Assembly: GCA_038045945.1 (NCBI GenBank)
Contig: JBBSXC010000004.1
Coordinates: 240,425-304,424, forward strand
Direction: 5' to 3'
DNA from: Nanobdellota archaeon
Lineage (GTDB): Archaea > Nanobdellota > Nanobdellia > Pacearchaeales > GW2011-AR1
DNA: 64,000 nt
Shown here: positions 61,601 to 64,000 of the stretch, one piece after another
How positions within the stretch are numbered: position 1 is the stretch's first letter
Layout: each line of letters opens with the position of its first letter
The notes under the pieces: model-generated
What the model was told of the DNA's origin: nothing
The model's input: the letters and a program-made list of their open reading frames with translations, nothing else
Databases searched by the model: none
Position numbers and translations under genes: made by a program

Positions 61601-64000
61601 ATATACCCTACGGAAATGCGAGCGCACCAACAAGTTTAGGAAGCGCAAGCAACAGTGCTGGAGGAGCAGGAATAAAACTACACGCACTAAGCACAAGCAG
61701 AATAGAAGGAACAATACTAATGAGAGCAGCTGACAGCGGAGTAGGGTCGGGAAGCGGAGGAAGCATATGGATAAAAGCAAACAAAATAGAAGGAAGCGGA
61801 ATGATAGACGCATCAAGCCTAGGAACATACATAACAGGAAGCGGAGGAAGAGTAAGACTAGAATACGCAAATAATCTAAGTTATAACGGAACACTAACAC
61901 TATGGAGATACACAGGAACAGGATTCTTCGGAGGAGGAGAAGCAGGAACACTAACATTCACAAATAATACATGGCCAGGAAACTGGGACTTAACAGGAAA
62001 CATAGGATTATTAGGAGGAGACTACGGAGAAGGAAACACAACAAACGTGCTCGGAAACTTCAACACTCGCGGATACAACATAAGCATATTCGGAGATTGT
62101 TATTATACCATGACTGTTGGACCAACATGTTATAACAAAACAAGCGAAGGAAGAGGAGTATGGATAAACGCGAGCGGAAACATAACAATAGAAAAAAATA
62201 GTATTTTGTACGGAACAAGTCACGGATTCACAGTAGGACCAGGATACCCAGGAGCAAATGGTGGAGCAAGCCATGGAGGAAGAGGAAGAGGAAACAGTCC
62301 GGGAACATACGGAAACGAAATAGCACCAACAGCATTAGGAAGTGGAAGCAACGACGGAGGAACAGGAATAGGGGGAGGAGCAATAATACTGCAAAGTGAT
62401 ACTAACACAGTAACAATAAACGGATCAGTACTAATGACAACATGGGGATACGGAGCAAGCGGAGGAAGCATATACGTAAAATCAGCAATAATAAAAGGAA
62501 ACGGATTCTTAGATGCAACAGGAGCAGGAGGAAACTGCCAAGCAGGAGGAGGGGGAAGAATAGCAATGCAGTCAACAAAAGGAACAAACTTTAGCGGAAC
62601 AATATGGAACAAAGGAGGAAACGGAGCAGCATGCCCTGGATTTTTAGGAGATGGAGGAACAGTATTTATTAATTCGACAATAGGGATAATAGGATTTATT
62701 AACATAAGCACGGTAGGAGGAGCAGGTTACGGACAAGCAACAATAAACCTAACAGCACCATATCTAAACTTAACAAGCGGAAACTTCAACGCATACAATT
62801 ACGGAAACATAACAATAAATTATACTAATTGCCAATCAAGATTCACATACTCATTATTCAATCCTGAACCTCCAATCTGGCAAACATCATGCACAACAGA
62901 CTTCATGAGCCCAAACATAAGCTTTGTTTCACCAACACCAGCGAACGGGAGTACATTCACACAATCAAGATCAGTATACGTAAACGTAAGCTCAAGAGAT
63001 AATTACAGAAACCATTCAGTAACAGTAGACTTCAATAGGTCACTAGTAGGGTGGTGGAGATTCAACAATGAAAGCGGAGACAACAGCACATACATATTAG
63101 ACAGAAGTACATACGCAAATAACGCAACAACAATAAACGGATCATTCACAAACGCTACGGGAAGACTAGGCGGAGGAGCACAATTAGACGGAACAGACGA
63201 CTATTTAAGTATAGGAACAAATAATTTACCCTACGGCACAAGCTCAAAGACAATGTGTGGTTGGGCAGCAACAAAATCGACGGCGGCAAGTGTCTTCGGG
63301 TGGATTGCTGCTTATGGGACTCCAGATACATCTCAATCATTCTTCATAGGAAGATACGGGGCTGATCTGTACGCTGGAGGATACGGGGATGACCTAATAC
63401 TGGCAAACTATTGGTCTGTGGGAGTTTGGAATCATTTATGCCTAACTTATAATGGTACAACAGCAGTATTATACTCAAACGGGGCAAGCATAAATTCAAC
63501 AGCCAAATCCTGGAACACTATTGAAAGTGTCGCAAGAATTGGAAGGCAAACAAATACTGCGGCAGAATACTGGAATGGTTCTATCGACGATGTGCAAATA
63601 TATTCTCGTGCTTTAACGGCAACAGAGGTAGCATCATTGTATAATGCGAGCACAACACAATACAGTAACAACTTTACTAACTTACAAGACGGAAATTACA
63701 ACTTCACAGCATACTCACAAGACTTAGCAGGAAATATTAACGTAACAGAAAATAGGACAGTAACAATATTATTAGCTGATTCAGAATCACCAACAATAAA
63801 TTTCACGAATCCAACACCAGCAAGCGGGACAACATATACTAATATGGTAGCGAAAGCAGTATACGTAAATGTTAGCTCAAGTGATAACAAAAACAACCAC
63901 TCAGTAACAGTAGACTTCAACAGAACGCTAGTAGGCTGGTGGAGATTCAATAATGAAAGCGGAGATAATTCAACATACATATTAGACAGAAGTACTTACG
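49684..64000 (+). CDS. Giant surface protein (at least 4772 aa, no stop in window): basic N-terminal domain, TM, at least 9 complete LamG domains plus a partial tenth, Ig-like and Gly-rich repeats
   Basis: Manual translation from ATG 49684: MVYKKYIKRNGKTFGPYYYESFRVGDKVKKRYIG...HLLTIVGVLFIAALMTLLLI. Recurrent LV.(Y/W).F, FDG.ND, W...., NGSID(E/D)..I motifs. Spot-checked lines are open, and its absence from the ORF track is consistent with the frame staying open to the window edge. Confidence 0.9.
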   Translation, partial: MVYKKYIKRNGKTFGPYYYESFRVGDKVKKRYIGTINPESKRVGGIINNVGKSYPTSQINKKYHLLTIVGVLFIAALMTLLLINGFGGLSGNAIAEMGSDSFIIKLSPGELLPTNTIIEITQENKTTTIPINTLISQEKNLPIQGQYFIDGTNIQGTGEAYGKPIIINNYPIVYFEIRIIKDQEPETNNEQPSNPQNNEPSETTSPEPEKLPELLETGPATEEQGETAPVEEESGRGLITGLAILNSPEKIVGGAVRSGEEYVYHLESGERAELVQNSVRTVNKQLNDEQAHFSQVGRDIVFVTDYYEKEEVLGKEYYESVKNGSIIEEEQEDYEIIIPYEKLALEEGRIKIKVSYNGEIITEMEGNYNEPTIIIAPITAPETKKEKNDESKEEKGNVESINQSGISIKTEQERVRVGMPVRWTKTIVAENPTNITITLPSETISASIKKVHDGEETGQFDIVKKGQLNPEINEELKPSQPSKNANSPPPSPSQTTNNNPNNNQESDSEEPAVPETTTPKSPEQEQKNNEGQIPAIIEEDRPAPISGFSINDGNFKSNNWLFKLLKKFLSILSLGNGGITGNAALEIDASGTYSTLSSQENITIEITNTSQEYHLEYYTTPAIAEETTTNNPNGIIKRVDISAPEPNGEHYKNLIAFTNIPKESLKNNKSEIKVLWLEESQKIPVKELDNDNDLITDSIEWVIPHLSKQSFIITTQADFGNGTHFNTTANASGTLILWHGNRSQIANTGFGSFINITGLVASYHFDNDSSYGENSTRIYDFSGLQNNGTAYNGVVMNASGKIKGAASFDGVNDYAVASGTILDTLPNNQLTVSAWFKHTTTSVGGVDDYIINKGRIGGGGYGLYIDTTANKVGFLTNDGSWDIVLSDNGGYNDNLWHQATGVWNGTTNVLYVDGVLQSASTSASSPTMDSTGLAIGVYYDPSPFAGSYFNGSIDEVAIFNRTLSATEVLTVYNTQKDTYPSSGEYLSVINDTGGSSSYKNFSWSSIWNQTNGYATDGSYAPTTQTGQTNYSGLVAWYRFNNELGENSTNIIDWSGQANNATALNGAIINKTGMLEGGAQFEGTNDLFNMSSLPISGTGSFSIFSWVRTLNISNRKSIVSLGANSANNDGVYLFINSNNQVQTDLTNIAGPSSSATVTDGLWHFVGVVNNGGTIQIYVDGAASGSSQAMSPNIASGGDNNKFVGVARSSGSIVLPYNGSIDEVQIYNRALSTSEISNLYNIGIVGKQPAIGVRSCSTATCANTNWTGKIKNLLETGQAEIPSIIDNSTGLVLLYHFNNDSTYGENSSRIYDFSGLQNNGTAINGVVMNASGKIRGAGTFDGINDLINVSDSNILDLGTGDFSLSTWIMTESNASNNLAFVTKRNSGGQEGFYWGSQEENRILFYCAPETGCDTTTSLSSNITFRDGKWHNLAITRTSNSTTFYFDGIVAGTSSGVDGDFTNTNNLYVGKDNQISDAMNGSIDELAIWNRSLSASEIYNLYLNGQSRFFTTSPVQLTNVSSNRYFQHKVMFETTNRTYTPWVDEIKTNYETVSFDVDTQGEFNNGTYFNTTANSSGTLVLQHGNRSQIANNGFGNFINTTGLIASYHFDNESVYSENATNVYDFSGLQNNATNIGGVITNSTGKIKGSFSYDGVNDWTNASSFSDNVNITAGTYATWVYKASSATAVKAIFEARTSADMLDGDGQFGFGFRAGVGSGSFNSPSLPINKWTHVALTYDKAIDTMVVYVNGASIGSNTSLGAVPLPTGVRIGNDVFDSLWNGSIDEFSVWNRSLSAGEISNLYETQKDNYPVNGEYLSQINNTGTISNWSQLIWSSPWNQTNGYAIDGSYAPTTQTGQTNYSGLVAWYRFNNELGENQTKIIDWSGQANNATAINGSLHNSSGKLEGARTFDGVNDYLNTGYTAAIGTGEFTESVWFKTGISQLGSLITKRSGAPDYTQLELMMANDVDISVAGGKIVFYENHYSGGYQTRVAITAGSYNDGQWHQAVGVRNSTSTKIYVDGQLQMTNETTVTPYNLNNTQPIFIGALGDLGVPLTGYYFNGSIDDVQIYNRSLSASEISNLYEIGIVGKQPTIGVRSCSTANCSNTNWTGKIKNLLETGQVEIPSVLDSTTGLVALYHFNNESAYGESNTAAHDFSGLGNDLTIYNQTRINNTGKIRGGVTLDGINDYIRRPYPTATSVPAYGSKTLSAWVYKGEGGGGRLAESWCDGALGCSFLFTELGGYARDTNGDVYAVSCTSAENKINEWYHITLTLDGTVEKCYVNGVENGTGAFSFNNINAATEIVIGSFNGSIDELAIWNRSLSATEIYNLYLNGQSRFFTTSPVALTNLTSNRYLQYKVMFETTNRTYTPWVDNVDITHLTSGEIGCLTWNGSVSTNWSNENNWQEGNVPDTNSCVIINGAYTNPPKLSIGTTIYNLSIGKSATSLLTLEMPWGNSLNITQNLIIGANGKINHTANTNAKTYNLNITVGGNLTIEGGGTINVDGAGYSKNNGPGASGGESGSCYGGRGELYVDTGLCNTYGSITSPLDFGSGSVDSFGGGLIIINVTNIFNVSGAISSSGVNTNRAGGAGGGILISAGSMLGNGTIDTDGVNGISGRGDGGGGRIAIYLNQINNTGSVNISSRGGITTSEGAAGTIYIKKSGQTYGELHISNGAEALQDAVTTNLDSNMTYNFDIINITRNASIELSTGAILNLTNTTLIGDSQPGSRIIINGTKNSGNLTIPNHFNITGISIVQRGSQAIEITTNNLNLRNGAIISHLDNSAGITHRVNLTIIGNLTIDSGATINVDGLGYDSGSGPGVAAGEDGASHGGMGGEYDGTGPLKATYGSITNPTDFGSGAGGGNGGGAILINVTKTLNVTGTISASDGGLVGLGRGQGSAGSVLIYSENLIGNGTIDANGRSDGTGRGSGGGGRIAIYALVGTTTDNIKTQAYGGSASSTASPGTIYIKTANKNYGTITINNNGFTPSTGSTTLINQTTNYNFDVINITGAGYLEIGSNITSIIINENLWLSAGTIADSSSGNNIYLRGNMSTDSGSSVIFTSSTTSINGTSMQQVGLSVSPNRFYKLNINNTKAINFTSYIRAYDFDARKAGTNLTFAAGKTNNLTVTNSITIKGNSSSNIIINSTNETNWFINAPVTQSINYLTVRHSNASIGSTIIATRSTDAGQNTNWNFTEFVLPLIEFTAQTPANASNINYTNSIFVGTTSSDNLVHHSVTADFNRSLIGWWRFNDEDGENSTYIIDKSTYSNNATTANGSFINTTGKLGGGAQLDGINDNINVGNGSNLNITNAITVSAWVYPKTNGTQTIAGRYKHYNAPFSLDWILRLDNQQGAFWIGNNTGYSNSQDYTITPLNQWVYLTGTWNGSNTIIYVNGVQKNSTYQANMGSTNVNTYIGASQYAIDSATEFFNGSIDDLQIYSRALSATEIAALYNASTTQYSNNFTNLQNGNYTFTAYAQDLAGNINVTENRTVQIVNYVDEVKPQINFTNPTPTSGSTQAANTFIINVSSSDNTNNHSVTVDFNRTLVGWWRFNNESGDNSTYIIDRSTYANNGTTYNGAFTNSSGRLGGGAQFDGIDDHLKTPANDIYKTQNFTLSMWVYPKKQQNTITTLMDLNHSSGPSGNWVVQTEDSNGSIYYLAIWNGTTFDYSVTQGLNLTQNSWQLINYVKSGTSLIGYKDGAQIYSRTLAIGNVAYDNNPTLLFGKFVSGEDRYFNGSIDDVQVYSRALSATEIAALYNASTTQYTNNFTNLQDGTYNFTAYAQDWSGNINVTENRTVTIITSLNNWVCTSTTYKFNNASCWSLGRVPIAGDDVVFNASGNAPVNITNNTMPQNLNSFTVSTDYSGSLNFWPLFAQGNWTGRNDGTQLWNVTQNITIMNGTSSIWGDYLHSYTTGFYGNISNDGHGQEWRSINGNITIGSAATLDGSGLGFSGENVGPGGGAGTANSEGANYGGWGTKNYDIPYGNASAPTSLGSASNSAGGAGIKLHALSTSRIEGTILMRAADSGVGSGSGGSIWIKANKIEGSGMIDASSLGTYITGSGGRVRLEYANNLSYNGTLTLWRYTGTGFFGGGEAGTLTFTNNTWPGNWDLTGNIGLLGGDYGEGNTTNVLGNFNTRGYNISIFGDCYYTMTVGPTCYNKTSEGRGVWINASGNITIEKNSILYGTSHGFTVGPGYPGANGGASHGGRGRGNSPGTYGNEIAPTALGSGSNDGGTGIGGGAIILQSDTNTVTINGSVLMTTWGYGASGGSIYVKSAIIKGNGFLDATGAGGNCQAGGGGRIAMQSTKGTNFSGTIWNKGGNGAACPGFLGDGGTVFINSTIGIIGFINISTVGGAGYGQATINLTAPYLNLTSGNFNAYNYGNITINYTNCQSRFTYSLFNPEPPIWQTSCTTDFMSPNISFVSPTPANGSTFTQSRSVYVNVSSRDNYRNHSVTVDFNRSLVGWWRFNNESGDNSTYILDRSTYANNATTINGSFTNATGRLGGGAQLDGTDDYLSIGTNNLPYGTSSKTMCGWAATKSTAASVFGWIAAYGTPDTSQSFFIGRYGADLYAGGYGDDLILANYWSVGVWNHLCLTYNGTTAVLYSNGASINSTAKSWNTIESVARIGRQTNTAAEYWNGSIDDVQIYSRALTATEVASLYNASTTQYSNNFTNLQDGNYNFTAYSQDLAGNINVTENRTVTILLADSESPTINFTNPTPASGTTYTNMVAKAVYVNVSSSDNKNNHSVTVDFNRTLVGWWRFNNESGDNSTYILDRSTY
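51820..56810 (+). repeat. Tandem ~2.5-kb duplication (about 51820-54330 and 54345-56810), each unit carrying three LamG domains
   Basis: Matching linkers, for example 52702-52820 vs 55183-55300, 53410-53520 vs 55933-56043 and 54167-54306 vs 56650-56790. Confidence 0.85.
59270..64000 (+). repeat. Four copies (last one partial) of an Ig-like scaffold module with an inserted LamG domain
   Basis: Near-identical DNA for HSVT(V/A)DFNR(S/T)L(V/I)GWWRF at about 59367, 60271, 63013 and 63898, and for FTAY(A/S)QD..GNINVTENRTV at about 60082, 60994 and 63703. Confidence 0.85.

Noticed and set aside
49684-64000. Diversity-generating retroelement acting on the repeats
   Set aside because: No reverse transcriptase is in the window. 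The repeats are all in-frame coding modules, and their differences are not confined to adenine positions of one template copy.

Overview
This is a 64 kb chromosomal window from a small-genome archaeon. Gene content and protein families suggest DPANN, most likely Pacearchaeota/Woesearchaeota; that assignment is an inference. Positions 1-31 kb are mostly informational housekeeping genes: eS1, eL42, eS8, eS17, TFB, TFE, Sm, RNase Z, NreA, EndA, Alba, AlaRS, LeuRS and GlyRS. This part also holds six of the window's seven tRNAs, including an intron-containing tRNA-Thr and a tRNA-Val followed directly by an extra folded 3' tRNA fragment. Positions 31-64 kb are a cell-surface locus. It starts with a 2539-aa LamG/beta-helix protein ending in a tandem HTH module. 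An array follows of three secreted paralogues of that protein's last extracellular domain, interleaved with four membrane-anchored Ig-like partners. This organisation resembles the Firmicute WxL/csc clusters. Next come a MazEF-type TA pair, tRNA-Cys and an unlisted giant ORF (49684 to >64000, at least 4772 aa) in which variable LamG cores sit inside conserved repeated scaffolds. I saw no CRISPR array, integrase or reverse transcriptase. All family calls come from motif recognition by eye, without database searches.
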